From contig NC_043003.1 in the NCBI RefSeq assembly GCF_006345805.1, positions 43,400,001 to 43,464,000 on the forward strand: a DNA stretch of 64,000 nucleotides, in the 5' to 3' direction. Below the pieces are notes generated by a model. That model was not told where the DNA came from, searched no databases, and saw only the letters and a list, made by a program, of their open reading frames with translations. The position numbers were made by a program, and so were the translations under genes. Positions 39,876-52,329 of the stretch are shown here, one piece after another (positions within the stretch are counted from its first letter, which is position 1; every line of letters starts with the position of its first letter). Origin of the DNA: Octopus sinensis. Taxonomy: Eukaryota.

Positions 39876-40507
39876 TAATAATAATAATAATAACAATAAT
39901 AATAACAACAACAGGACATAACACCAGGTGTCTTTCGACATTGTGTGGAATATTCTCCTCTGTTATTGGATAGCATTGGCTATTTCATTTATTGTCAATC
40001 ACCAGATATCCATTACATGTGGTGAAGGCAATCGATGTTTCCCACGGTGGAGGCAGTTGCTGGGCATCAAGACGTTTTGACCATATTCAACTCCTCTTCC
40101 CCTCCTAAATTAAATTACCCACATTTTTATAGTTGAAAAACCGGAACTTCATACCCATATTTATCAAACATGTCAATATGACTGACTTTGAGGCTAAACC
40201 TTTTTCTAGCTGGTATTTGATATCACCATGATGCTAAATTTTGTCGATTTCAAGAGAATTCGCTAATAGTTTCTTTTGAAATCTTCTTTGACCTGACACA
40301 TGTCTTTTTACCTAGAATGCAACAATACAATTATGAATGTGATTTGAATTTAATGCATGGAAAATTTCATAGCACTAGCATCGCTCCTTCATAGTCAGCC
40401 TATGAAATTTGCAGCCCATACAAGTAAGTTAATTAGTAATTCACATTTGCTTCATGAGTCTACCGTAATTTCGTTTGAATCCTTGTTATGCTCAGCATGC
40501 TAACGAT

Positions 40508-40644
40508 CCTTTCGAATATAAGCGCAAGGCCTGAAATTTGGGAGAAAGGAATAGTTGATTACATCGACTCCAGTGCGTAACTGGTACTTAATTTATCGAC
40601 CCCGAAAGGATGAAAGGCAAAGTGGACCTCGGCGGAATTTGAAC
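40508..40644 (-). mobile_element. SINE family A, 5'-truncated at the B box
   Basis: ctggtacttaatttatcgaccccgaaaggatgaaaggcaaagtggacctcggcggaatttgaac. Confidence 0.9.
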
Positions 40645-40689
40645 GCCAACATTTCTCCTTCAATAGATCACAGAGATAATAGAGATAGA

Positions 40690-41300
40690 ATCCCATCATC
40701 AGAGTGTTTTTGTGGGAATTAGGCAATTTTCTGGTTACTTTTCACTACTACAAAATGTGGTACCCTTGAAGCTGCTTTTGAAATCACATTCCTCGAAGCT
40801 GTGTTCTGCGGTGACTTTTTTTCGAGTTTTACAGTTTCTCCGGCAGAAAAATTTCGAGTAGAATTTGCAGCTTAACGAATATCAACGAACCTTACTGTCC
40901 CCCTAGTTCTATACCCCCTTTGCTTTTTGTTTGCTGCACACATGACGGGAAACGAACCCGGATTAGTTTTTTTGAATTTGCAAGATTTGTAACGACTTGT
41001 ATGTACATTTGTACCTGACCCCCTACAATGCTTTGTGAGTTGAGCAATTTTTAATTGCTCCTAACTTGTCACTAAGGTGTTGAAGAAATACTTAAGTCCA
41101 TCTGATGATCCGCGAGTTTCGTCGTCAACAATTTATGTGCAACAAGGGCTTGCTTCTTGCTCCTTCTGAAAACTAAGAATACAAATCTGTCCTCTTCTAC
41201 ATTGTTCCTTCCTTGTTACAAAATCAGGTTCGAAGAGAAAGGCATAAACGTGTTTTTTGTTATCCAGCTCACATTCTATCTTACTGATCTTCCTTTTCTA
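40690..41300 (-). pseudogene. Decayed intronless multi-RRM (nucleolin-like) remnant, possible retrocopy
   Basis: Frame-hopping translation: NVSWITKNTF...RFVFLVF...QALVAHKLLTTKLADHQMD (RRM1-like); VFLQHLSDK..EQLK...AANKKQ/GIELGG/RFVDI (RRM2-like); KKVTAEHSFEECDFKSSFKGTT (start of RRM3-like). Many stops; identified by eye only. Confidence 0.4.
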
Positions 41301-42443
41301 AACACATCGTAATTTATCGTTCGTGTTGCTCCTAGTAGTAGAGAAAGAAAATATGCACTATCTGTCAAAACAGCATTTGCACAGAATGGTACTTGTGTGC
41401 GTCTGCTGTACTTATCGCTAATAAACCTACATTATATATTTCATTATCTCAATAACTTTTCCTTTAATATGATAAAGAAACAGGCTTTTGTTTCAAGTCA
41501 TTATTTGTTTATTTATTTGCCTAATTTTTGCGTTTATTGTGTTTGTTTATGTGATGCACGTTTTTGTTTTTTATGTCGGCGCTATTATTCAGAAATCGCA
41601 ATTTCTCTTTGGCAAAAACATAAACACCTACTTATAAAGTGTCATATTTTATCTTTATCCTCACGGAAGAGTAAGCTTTTATCAACAGAGAAACGATAAT
41701 TATCCACTATTTTCAGATCTCTCAGGAGCACCACAAGAAACACAATCTTGTTTTTTCAGCAAGGAGAACAAGTATAACAGCAGCGGCAGCTACAACAATA
41801 ATTGTTACAACCGCTACTATTACTACAAATAATAATGAGCTGAAAGCATGGGGAGGGGGCTACTCAATTACATAACTCCCACGTTACAAATGATAAATAT
41901 CTCATTGATCTGGAAAGGATAGATCGCGGTGGAATTTGAGTTCAAAACGTAAAGCCGGGCGAGTTGAAATGAGTTGCAAGAACATGTGTGGCATATGAAG
42001 ATTAATATCATAGTGCAGAGAATCCACTCTTGCTGACATCTCCCTAGTGCAGCCGACCATCTTGCCTTGTCTTTTGCGAGATATTATCAGCGTCTCACAG
42101 AAGTTGAGAACCGCAGCAGATAGTTGGAACTCGTTCAAAAAGTCTGTGCTAAATGCTACTGAATAACACCACACACATGTGTGAACCTGATTAGCATGCA
42201 CCCCTCCAAATCATTTGAAGTCCGAGTTGTCATACTGGTTTCACATTGTGCTCTTGGGGCAAATGAGACATTCAAATAATCACACCTGTGCTCATAGACG
42301 AATGCAACAATAACTTTAGTCAAGAAACTCAATGGCAACAATTGTGGTAAAGGCTCATAGTCAATATAGTAGCACAATATGTGGTGTTGTGAATTATTTT
42401 CATATGTAATTAGGCGAAGATTTTTTAATAAAAAATTAAGCAA

Positions 42444-42606
42444 TCCGTGAGCTGGCAGAACTGTTAGCATGCCAGTTGAACTGCTTAGCAGTATTTCGTC
42501 TGCCACTACGTTCTGAGTTCAAATTCCACTGAGGTCTACTTCGCCGTTCATCTTTTTAAACGGCGGTGCATCAGCATGGCCGCAGCTCTTAGCCGAAACT
42601 AGAAAT
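42444..42606 (+). mobile_element. SINE family A 5' part joined to a family B 3' tail
   Basis: gagctggcagaactgttagc...gagttcaaattccactgagg followed by ggcggtgcatcagcatggccgcagc (the tail of the 50365 family). Confidence 0.65.
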
Positions 42607-43104
42607 AAAATCACGGCATGAGAAGTTGTACATGACCTTTTCAGTGGTTATTTATGGCAGGCAAACCAGCTGTTTAGTAAGCAACAATAAAAGTTATTGA
42701 AATATATTTCTAGCAGAAAGAGCAAAGAGGATTACACAGCAATAACATAAGAAAACCACAAAGGCAGAATTCCCTATAGCGTTAGAATGTGCCAAACAGG
42801 AAACATCGAAAGAAATCGATCCTTTCTCGGTTACGACAGAAACGTTACGGGTCACCTAGAGACAATGAAGAGAAAATGGGTAAAATGTTGTTTTGCAGAG
42901 TGCGAGAAACAGTGAGATATGGGAAAAGTGGGAGAGAATATACCCCAATATAAGACAAGCAAGCCTTATGATCAGACGAACATCTCCACCTCATATTATT
43001 GACATTCAGTGTTCTTCGCACGAAAAAATAAAATGGGAAAACGGAAATGTCATCATAGACAAATTATTTACACGATTCTTTGAGAGTTCGACGCAGCGCA
43101 CTAT

Positions 43105-43315
43105 CAATTGACAAGCGGTGATGGGGGTGGTGCATAAACATAGAGACAAATGTATATATATGACAGGCTTCTTTCAGCTTCCGTCTACCAAGTCAACTGA
43201 CAAGGCTTTGGCCGATCTGAGGCTATAGTGGAAGACATTTGCCAAAGATGCCATGCAGTGAAACTGAACCCGGGACCATGTGATTGAGAAGCAATCTCCT
43301 TACCACACTGCCACG
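43105..43315 (-). mobile_element. SINE family B, partial
   Basis: ggcttctttcagcttccgtctacc...gaggctatagtggaagacatttgccaaagatgccatgcagtgaaactgaacccgggaccatgtg. Confidence 0.85.
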
Positions 43316-43337
43316 ATATAAGCATGTATATACATCT

Positions 43338-43431
<94 letters not shown>

Positions 43432-43662
43432 ACAAATACTTATGCGCACACACTCACACACACACACGCATGCACACATACACACTCAGACGCACGCACC
43501 TACAACCACCCGCCACACACGAATAATTCATTTTGAGTAACCATATATGTTTTTAAATATAATACTTAAAGGCTTTGTGATACTGACATTTGAACGCTTC
43601 CTTTGCATGGCTGTGTGAAACTTTTGATGAATAAGACTCCTTCTATTTCTAAGAAGAATAAG

Positions 43663-44660
43663 GGGGTGAACTGGCAGAATCGTTAGCACACCGGACGAAA
43701 TGCTTAGCAGTATTTCGCCTGCCGCTACGTTCTGAGTTCAAATTCTGCCGAGGTCAACTTTGCCTTTCATCCATTCGAGGTCGATAATTAAAGTACCAGT
43801 TACGCACTGGGGTTGATGTAATCGATTATTCCCTTCTCCCAAATTTCAGCCCTTGAGCATATATTCGAAATGATCGTTAGCTTATGCTGAGCATAAGTCT
43901 TATCAGCCCTTCTTCCGTCTTTACGTTCCGAGTTCAAAATTCACGTCTCCATAAATTAAGTATCAGTTGAACACTAGAGACAACGTAATTGACTTATCCT
44001 CTCCATCCCGGAATTTGCTGGTCTTGTGCCAAAATTTTAAATGATCATTAGGAAGAAGAAGCCGGTGAACTGGCTGAATCTTTAGCACGCCGTACAATAC
44101 ATATAGCAGTATTTCGTCTGTTTTTAAATTGCGAGTCCAAATTTCATCGAGGTAGATATTGCTTCTCACATTTCGAGGTCGATGAAATAAATACCAGTCG
44201 AGCACAGCTGTCGATATAATCGACTCATCTCTTGAAATTATAATTAGGTAGAATGTAAAGACGAGGAACTAGCAAGATGTTACCTCGCCGGGAAAATGGG
44301 AAAATATTTAGCAGCATTTCTTCAGTTCAAATGCTGCCGGAGTCGAATGATTTTCGTCCTTCCGGAGTCGATAAAACAAGTAGTAGTCAAATCCTAGGAT
44401 CAATTTAATCGACTTACCCCCTCCCACATTATTGCTGTTCCTGTTCCAATATTTGAAACCATTCTTAGGAAGAATTTAATGACAACTGACAGAATCGTTA
44501 GCACGCCAGGCAAAACGGTTAGTGTCATGTTGTTTGTCATTACGTTCTAATTTCAAATGTAGCCGAGGTAGACTTTGTCTTTCATCCTTTCAAGGTAGAT
44601 CAATGTTATAGACTTGTCTCTCCCTTAAAACATCAAAACTTGTGTCTATAGAAGAAAGAA
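43663..44660 (+). mobile_element. Head-to-tail run of five diverged family A SINEs
   Basis: Heads or remnants start near 43663, 43870, 44058, 44265 and 44480; each carries a B-box-like gttc/gtccaaa, ataa..aagta.cag and tgtgccaaa-type tail. Confidence 0.75.
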
Positions 44661-44984
44661 TTATAGGGGAAAATCTCGTCCGTTTCTAAGTTCCGTGTTT
44701 AAATACCGCTATGTCAATTTGACCCTTCGTCTCTTCGGAGTGGATTCAATGATTATCAGTTATGTAATCTATTTACTCCGATGCCTAAAACTGCTTGCCT
44801 TGGACCTAAATTTGAAACGATTATTACGAATAACCGCCAGCATATCGGACAATATATTGCGTTTTTTAAAATTGCCTGAACTAAAAGTCGGAGTGGAACA
44901 GGATAAACTACCTCCATCAAGTTACTATGAAAGTAGGTAGTAATTTTGCCTTGTACTTATTCTAAGTGAAAATCTGGAAGAGTG

Positions 44985-45990
44985 CAGCTCGAGTTTGGGT
45001 TCAATAAAAGCAACATTGCAACAGAAAGTGCGAGAAATATCAAAACTGTATATGGGGATCGGACAATAATCGTAAGCCAATGTCAGCGGTGGGTCCATAA
45101 ATTCCCAGGCGGAAACTCCAGCCTAGAAGACGAGCCTCGTCCTGTAATATCCGTAGAACTCGACATCCTGCAAACCCGGGTGGAACAAAATCCCAACGTA
45201 ACTACCAGAGAAGCTTGGATTTGATCATTCAAACATTCATCGATACCTGCGTGCCATCGGAAAAGTGAGCAAATTAGGTCATTGTCTTCAGCACAAACTT
45301 TTCGAGTCTAATCGCGATCAGAGAGTGGACGTGTGCTCTTCTTTGTTGTTACGTCCTCTCACGAATGAAATATTTTTCGACGGAATAGTGATTGGTGACG
45401 AGAAATTAGTTCTCTATAGAAATGTCAATCGCCGAAGACAGTGGGTAGGGAAAGCAGAAACAAGGACATGCTAAATAAGGACTTCACCCACGTAAGGTCT
45501 ACTTATCTGTTTGGTGGGATATGAATGGTTTAGTCCACTTTGAAATTTTAAACCCAAGCCAAACGATAACAAAGGAGATCTGTTGCAAGCAGCTTGAGCG
45601 GCTTAAATCAGCTCTAGAAGAAAAACGATTATATTTGGTTTCAAGACAAAAGGTGTTCTTCCAGCAGGATAATGCACGGCCACCACGAGTGTGACATTCC
45701 AAAGACTGGAGAAGTTTGAATGGGAAACGATGTCGCACCCATCATATTGGCCGGATATTGTTGCATCTGATTATTATTTATTCCGATTTATTCAAATTCA
45801 GAGAATATATATTCTCTAGACGAAGTGAGTATTTTTCGTCAGGACAAGTGAATCTTGGAAGGCATACAAGTCTACCAGAAAGATGGAAGATTATTTAAGG
45901 AAAGAATACTTTAGATTAAAAAAACTTCATCTTAATTTTGAAAATTAAAAGAAGGTATTAAAAAACCGCATTATTTATGGGATGACCCAA
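44985..45990 (+). mobile_element. 5'-truncated, internally deleted mariner (TIR type shared with the 33746 copy)
   Basis: ATESARNIKTVYGDRTI..SQCQRW..KF..GNSSLEDEPRP, IVIGDEK.VLYRNV, LHPRKV, QDNARPP; right TIR ttatttatgggatgacccaa|TA. Confidence 0.92.
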
Positions 45991-45999
45991 TAATTACTG

Positions 46000-46290
46000 G
46001 GGCAAAATTTACGAGAACAAATTTGCATTTCATCCTTTCATAAGCATCAACCAACAAATGGAGTGATTTTAATCGAAAGAACCCCTCTCTTAAATTAACT
46101 GGCCTTGTGCTAAAATTTGAAACAATTATGAGACAGAATCTGTGGCATGTTACACAAAATACTTAGCGACATACCGATTCTTGGCAAACTGAGTTCAAAT
46201 TGTGTCGAACTCGATTTTGCTTTGCATTCTGTTAGGGCTGATAAACTAGGAACAATTGGAGTATTGGCGTCGATATTATTTATAAAAAGC
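46000..46290 (+). mobile_element. Two diverged family A SINE remnants
   Basis: tttgcatttcatcctttc...ggccttgtgctaaaatttgaaac, then actgagttcaaattgtgtcga...gctgataaactag. Confidence 0.6.
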
Positions 46291-46933
46291 AATCGTTATA
46301 GCGAACATAACGTGGGTGCCTTGCTAGGATGTTGAATACTACGCTGCTTGCGCCAAGAGGCACTGCCGTTTAGACGTGTTGACATATCGTAGGCGAACAT
46401 TGTACAATTCAGTGTTCTATCAAAATATCCTCGTTAATTTGGATAGATAGATAGGTAGATAGAAACATACATACGTATATAAACGCACAAACATAACTAC
46501 ATATATCGATACATTTGTATGTGCGCTTACGCACGCATTCAAACATACACATATAGAAAGGCGTATATGTGCATATGGATATGACTTGAGTATGTGCATA
46601 TTTACAACCACACGAAACCAGAGCATCAGGTGACATGTCATCAGGTTATGTTTATACTTTAGAAATAGCAGGCTTTGGCTTTAGTGAATGCAAACAAATG
46701 CTTTTGTCTGTTACTTCTGTTTCTTTTTCATTTAGCATACCGACGAAACCATTCATATTAATTATAATGTTTCGCTTTTCCGAAAATTCCCTGACCTTTC
46801 AGCTTCACCTGAAACCATTCTTAGTTTATTTTGTTTGGTAAGTTTTGTTGTGGGCTATTTGTAATGGTATCCTAACAAAACTTTTCCTGTAGTCTTCATG
46901 TAAGTTGACAATGTACGTATGAATGGATGTATG

Positions 46934-46979
<46 letters not shown>

Positions 46980-47604
46980 GTTCCAGGTTCGGTAATGGTC
47001 TGTCTATAGCACTTATTCAGCATTACCTGACTCATTTGGGTCTCAATGCCACCATTATCTCTTATATATATATATTGTAAACAATGTTAGAAGCGCCGAG
47101 TGAGTCGTTATTCTTCAGAAAATACAACTATTCTTCAACTTAGAATGGCTGTGAATACAAATATTAGAAAACAGAGTGAATACCCTTAGTAGACGGAAAC
47201 AGTAGCTAGCAAGCCTAATAAACAAAAAAACAAAAAAATATAGAACTGTGTACCGCTCACATTGCGGCTGAGCACTCTGCACTACTAAGCTGTTACTTAG
47301 TGTTATCAAAAGACGGTATTTGCTGTCAGGTGTCAAAAGTTAATCGTTTATATATTTTTTTGTAACTTGCATATTTGCTAGTTGATTTCTTTCCCGTAAA
47401 ACCCCTATTTTTCCAGGTTTCATTCAAGTCTTTACTCAGAAAACGAAGTACACCGATTACTGATCATGTAAATGAGAATTTATAGCGTGCATTAAATTAG
47501 ATTTCGGAAGACATATTCACTTCCTAGTGGTTGCTCACCCGTACGACGATATATACTTTATCTTGTCTTTAACAACAGCTGACTTATTTTGTTTGCACAT
47601 AACC

Positions 47605-47965
47605 TTTATGTTTTATTTGTTTCCGGCATTAGACTCGGCCATGCTGGTGCACCGCCTTCAAGAATTTTTCGCTGGAGTAATCGACCCCCATACTTATTTT
47701 AAAGACTGGTAATTATTGTATCGGGTTTCTTTTGTCTAACCGTTACGTTACGGGAGTAAAAAACACACCAACACCTGTTGGGGGACAAACATAGATACAA
47801 AGACACACATAGATATGCATATATATACAACTGGCTTCTTTCAGTTACGTTCGAAATCGCCACTCACAAATCTGTGGAGGCTCTAGAAGTTACCTGCTCA
47901 AAGTACCTCGCAGTGGTACTAAACACGGAGCCATGCCTTACGGTAACAATTCTCACCACACAAAC
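47605..47965 (-). mobile_element. SINE family B, diverged
   Basis: ggccatgctggtgcaccgcc...aatcgaccccc...gggggacaaaca...ggcttctttcagtt, colinear with 50365-50783. Confidence 0.8.
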
Positions 47966-49559
47966 AATGTTCTACCAGTGTACCTTTTATTGATGTTTAC
48001 GTATGATGTTTATTGAAACAAGGGAGGGTTTTCTTTATTTATCTCAGGTGAGTCAATGTTTACGGTTGCCTCTGTCTCTTTTAACCCATGCAACAGCCAA
48101 CCATCTGTTTAGACGTCATATTGGACTTCTATATGATCTCTACAGTATACCAAGTAAAAGCTACATCTACATCCCTAGTCTACCTAGGTTTCCATGGCTT
48201 ATGACTCTAGGCATATTTGAAATATATCAACTTAAGTGATATTTCTAGGAATGAGAGAATGTTGAAGAACAAAGCCGGGTTGGATGAGGAAATTGTACGA
48301 TGGATGGTTTGCAGTATTAATATTTGGTTTATCGTTGATTCCAATTTTATCCCTTGCGAAATATAGGAATAATATAGAATAGGAATAAAATAGAATAAAG
48401 CTGTGAAATGTTACGGCAGTGTCGCTGACGATGCGGATCTCATGATGGAGACGAGAATATAGGATGTTGAGAGACACCTGGTGACTAGCGCTGCAATGCC
48501 CGAACCTATAAAGATCACGACCACCGCTGGTAGAGCCAATGTGTCCCCAATTCAAGATCTTTGGTGAGGAGGGAAGTGGTAATTTGTAATTTTGCCTGAA
48601 AACCCAACTCAGGTGAGTACAGGATGAGCCTGAGATTCATCACAACCCTTCCGACAGGGATAAAATTCCCAATGTTGGGAGAAGGAAGGCAGAAGTGTCA
48701 CAGCATAATATGATTTGACCAACCCTTCTCTCGCAATCTTAAAATTAATATACCCAGTATGCTCTTCTAGTTTCTCGATAGAGACATTTACAATTAGAAA
48801 TGTACATTTAGTTTCTTGTTAACTTACATATTCGATGGCGAACAGCAAATTATATCCTGAACGAAGTGGGCTTTTACTACTGATCTGTGGATGTAAGGCT
48901 GCCAATTTGACTTTGCCTTCCTGTTTTTGTAACCTCTTTTACTTTTATCCAATCTTATACATTTTTGTTCTTTATATAAAGAACATTCTTCATGCTCCCT
49001 TATAGTAATCATTTATCTTTTCTAGATATCTAAATATAAATCTTCAACATCCATCTGGCCATGCAATACCTGCAATTTCTGGCAATGTTGACACTCTGCG
49101 CCGGGTGATTGATTATATCCTATGTGTATAGATTTTTCGGTATCAGCAGTATAATGCTAATGCAATATTTTTTTATATAATTATATCGGTGAATTCAAAA
49201 TCAATGAACGTTTCACATATAAATTTGAAAGCATAATTTATGATTAGCTTGTTAAATATATTTATACGTAATTCAGGATTTCAGGTATTCATCTAATTAC
49301 AGGATTTACAAAATTATATTCAAGTTTAGCAAATGTTGCGCGAGAATTGGTGAGAGATTTCGCAATGACTTCTATGATACGAATCGATATTCTTTGTCAA
49401 GATGTTCTTAAAGAAATGGCTGCTTATCTCTCCCACTATCTCTGTCTTACTCTGTTCCTCTCTTTTTCGCTCTCACCATCCATCTCTCTCTCTTTCTCTC
49501 TTTCTGTATCTTTCTATCTCTGTGCCATTGTGGTATTTTCAAAGGATGACAGAAACAAT

Positions 49560-50260
49560 TATGAGCTGTCTTGTTTTTAGTTCAACGAGGTTGATGTAAT
49601 TCCATACCATTTCAGTTGCTTCTGCACAATATATTCGGTAATTAATAGCGTGTTCATTATCGACCTTGGTAATGGTAGGTCGATAATGAAAATGCCATTG
49701 TTATTTTTGTGATTGGTAAAGATACCAGGTTTAATATGTGAAATCTGGGTGTAGGTTTGTATACTAATGTTCTATATCTTCGCATTTGAGATCGCCAGAT
49801 ATTCAAGACTTTGTACCCGAAGCAATAGAATATTGGTTACTAAGGGCTATGTGGAGCAATTTGCTATATTACTCTATCTTCGGATATTTGGATGAGAGAA
49901 GAGCACAAAATATAATGTAATATGTCAGGAAATGATCCCCAGACTTGACCTGTTTGATCTGAAGTGTAAGACTTATTAATGTCTGTCGATACGTCAAGTG
50001 TTGTTGGTCTGCTCCTGCAGTATAAATATTATTGTTACATTTCAACTGAATTTTCGCATCCAGTTCATAGATGTTTCTATTTGCTATATATTGAACAGAC
50101 TGTCGCTAAAAATATTGGCGATATATAGTTTGATGTTATTTGCTTAGTTGTTCTTCCAATTATCGCTGCAACTTTAGAATCAACATTTCGATATTCAAAA
50201 TTTAAATCAGTTTCGTGGTTAGGAACATAGTGACTATATATTTTAGTTGTGTATAGTTTT
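49560..50260 (-). mobile_element. Highly decayed RTE/RTEX-like LINE, APE endonuclease region
   Basis: Frame-hopping peptides (ATVCSIYS, ELDAKIQ, KSGDHFLTY, EATEMV) follow the order of APE-domain motifs; weak similarity. Confidence 0.45.
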
Positions 50261-50364
50261 TGAATTAATCCTAAATATCAATAATCTCCATACTTTTTAG
50301 AGGAATGTAGAAATATTAAAGCACACATTGACTATGCAGTCCGTGGTTATTTTAGTTGTTTTAC

Positions 50365-50783
50365 TCTTTACTCTCTCTCTTTTACTCTTTTACTAGTTTC
50401 AGTCATTTTGACTGTGGCCACGCTGGAGCACCGCCTTTAGTCGAGTAAATCGACCCCGGGACTTATTCTTTGGAAGCCCAGTACTTATTCTATCGGTCTC
50501 CGTTGCCGAACCGCTATGTGACGGGGACGTAAATACACAAGCATCGGTTGTCAAGCAATGCTAGGGGGACAAACACAGACACACAAACATATACACACAT
50601 ACATACATACATATATATATACATATATACGACAAGCTTCTTTCAGTTTCCGTCTACCAAATCCACTGACAAGGCATTGGTCGGCCCGAGGCTATAGCAG
50701 TAGACACTTGCCCAAGATGCCACGCAGTGGGACTGAACCCGGAACCATGTGGTTGGTAAGCAAGCCACTTACCACACAGCCAC
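50365..50783 (-). mobile_element. tRNA-derived SINE family B, near full length, with internal (CA/TA)n microsatellite
   Basis: Minus: cgtggctgtgtggtaag...ggttccgggttcagtcccactgcgtggcatcttgggcaagtgtct...gtagacggaaactgaaagaagc, then the microsatellite, then ...ggcggtgctccagcgtggccacagtc and a (gagtaaaa)n tail. Confidence 0.92.
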
Positions 50784-51239
50784 GTGTAAGAATCTTTAAA
50801 AAATTAATTCTTTCATGCTTAATACCGTGAATATTTTGGAGCGGTATGTAATAGCTGGTACTGGATATATGACGTTGACACAGTAAGTTTTCTTACTAAT
50901 GAGATAAATTTTTAAGATATGTTCACTCGATCAAAATATCTCAACTTCATTCGCATTCGGATACATTTCCATCAAAGTTTTCGGGAAATAGCCGTAGAAT
51001 GCGAAAAAGTGCAACAACTGGAATACATTTTCAGAGAACCACTTGTATCACTTGTTAGTCTTCCTCGTTTCATTGTCAGTGTGTAACATTTTAATCACAA
51101 TTTTCAATTTTGTCAACTGCAATGACGCTAGCAAGCTGGGAAGGTTATGAAGAATGCGAGATTGGTTCATCATAGAGAGGACGGATAACCATGGGCATTT
51201 TTATGCAGTCTCCTTTATAATTATTATTAATATAATTGC

Positions 51240-51437
51240 TGTTGTTGTTGTTGTTCTTCTTCTTCTTCTTCTTCTTCTTTTTCTTCTTCTACTTCTTCTT
51301 CTTCTTCTTCTTCTTCTTCATCCTCCTCCTCATCTTCTTCTTCTTCTTCTTCTTCTTCTTCTTCTTCTTCATCCTCCTCCTCCTCATCTTCTTCTTCTTC
51401 TTTTTCTTCTTCTCCTCTTTCTTCTTCGTTTTCTTCC

Positions 51438-51497
<60 letters not shown>
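51240..51497. repeat. (GTT)n(CTT)n(ATT)n compound microsatellite
   Basis: Direct reading; contains a duplicated cttcttcatcctcctcctc unit. Confidence 0.95.
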
Positions 51498-51498
<1 letters not shown>

Positions 51499-52035
51499 GA
51501 GTGAGGGAGCAGTGAATGCCATCAAAGTGACGCTGAGGTAAAATATATGAAGCCCAGTATGCCCATCATGACTACTCATCTGATTAGGATACACAAAGCA
51601 CAGGCAACACAACCGTATACACTCGAAATGCTGATTTCATATCAAGATTAACAGCGCATGACCTTGCAAGTGGGGCCAACTTAGATTTCTCTTCAGGTTG
51701 AGTGACCTATCCCGCTGAAAATGTGCCTGAATAAGGGTTGTTTATGGATGTTGAACAAAACACTGATGTTTCCAGTGGTGAAATTATTCAAACCCCAAAT
51801 AATTCCTCACATAGTTATGACGCTCCCCCACTGCTCATGCTCAGGATCCGAGGTGCACATATTGTCAGCGAGTAAGGGACATACTCAACTGGTTAAGGTC
51901 AAGCAACTGACAAGCAGATCTGCTGTTTTGAGCAGACTATTTGCAGCAGCCCATTTTTATACGAGAACGAAACAATGTACATGAAAACAATTTCAGTAAG
52001 TTAAGATAAGGAGGCATGAACGCCACTTATTGTAT
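51498..52035. mobile_element. Unclassified ~560-bp interspersed element, copy 2
   Basis: Begins directly after (ATT)n with tgagtgagggagcagtgaatgccatcaaagtgac; colinear with 17499-18056. Confidence 0.85.
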
Positions 52036-52044
52036 TGATTATTA

Positions 52045-52190
52045 CTTCGTTAGAACGCCGGAAAAAATCCTTAACGGTATTTCCTCCATCTTTACGTTCT
52101 GATTTCCAATGCAGCCGAAGTCAACTTTGCCGTTCATCATTTCGGTGTCTATCAAAATAAGTACCAGTTAAGCACTGGAGTCGTGGTGCT
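52045..52190 (+). mobile_element. SINE family A remnant
   Basis: cgttagaacgccgg...ctttacgttctg...ccgaagtcaactttgccgttcatc...aataagtaccagtt. Confidence 0.75.
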
Positions 52191-52329
52191 CTTATTAAAG
52201 TCACTAGAAATCTTTTGATTGATACTCTGGGACTGGTTTTCCCGTAAACAATAATATTTTGCCTGTCAAGGAAATTTCCGGTTTATGTTTCAAACGAAGA
52301 TGCATATACAACATGGCATCAACAACATT

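Noticed and set aside
40010-40075. Minus-strand peptide QLPPPWETSIAF resembling a WW-domain start
   Set aside because: It lacks the downstream YY...H...T.W..P signature; likely chance.
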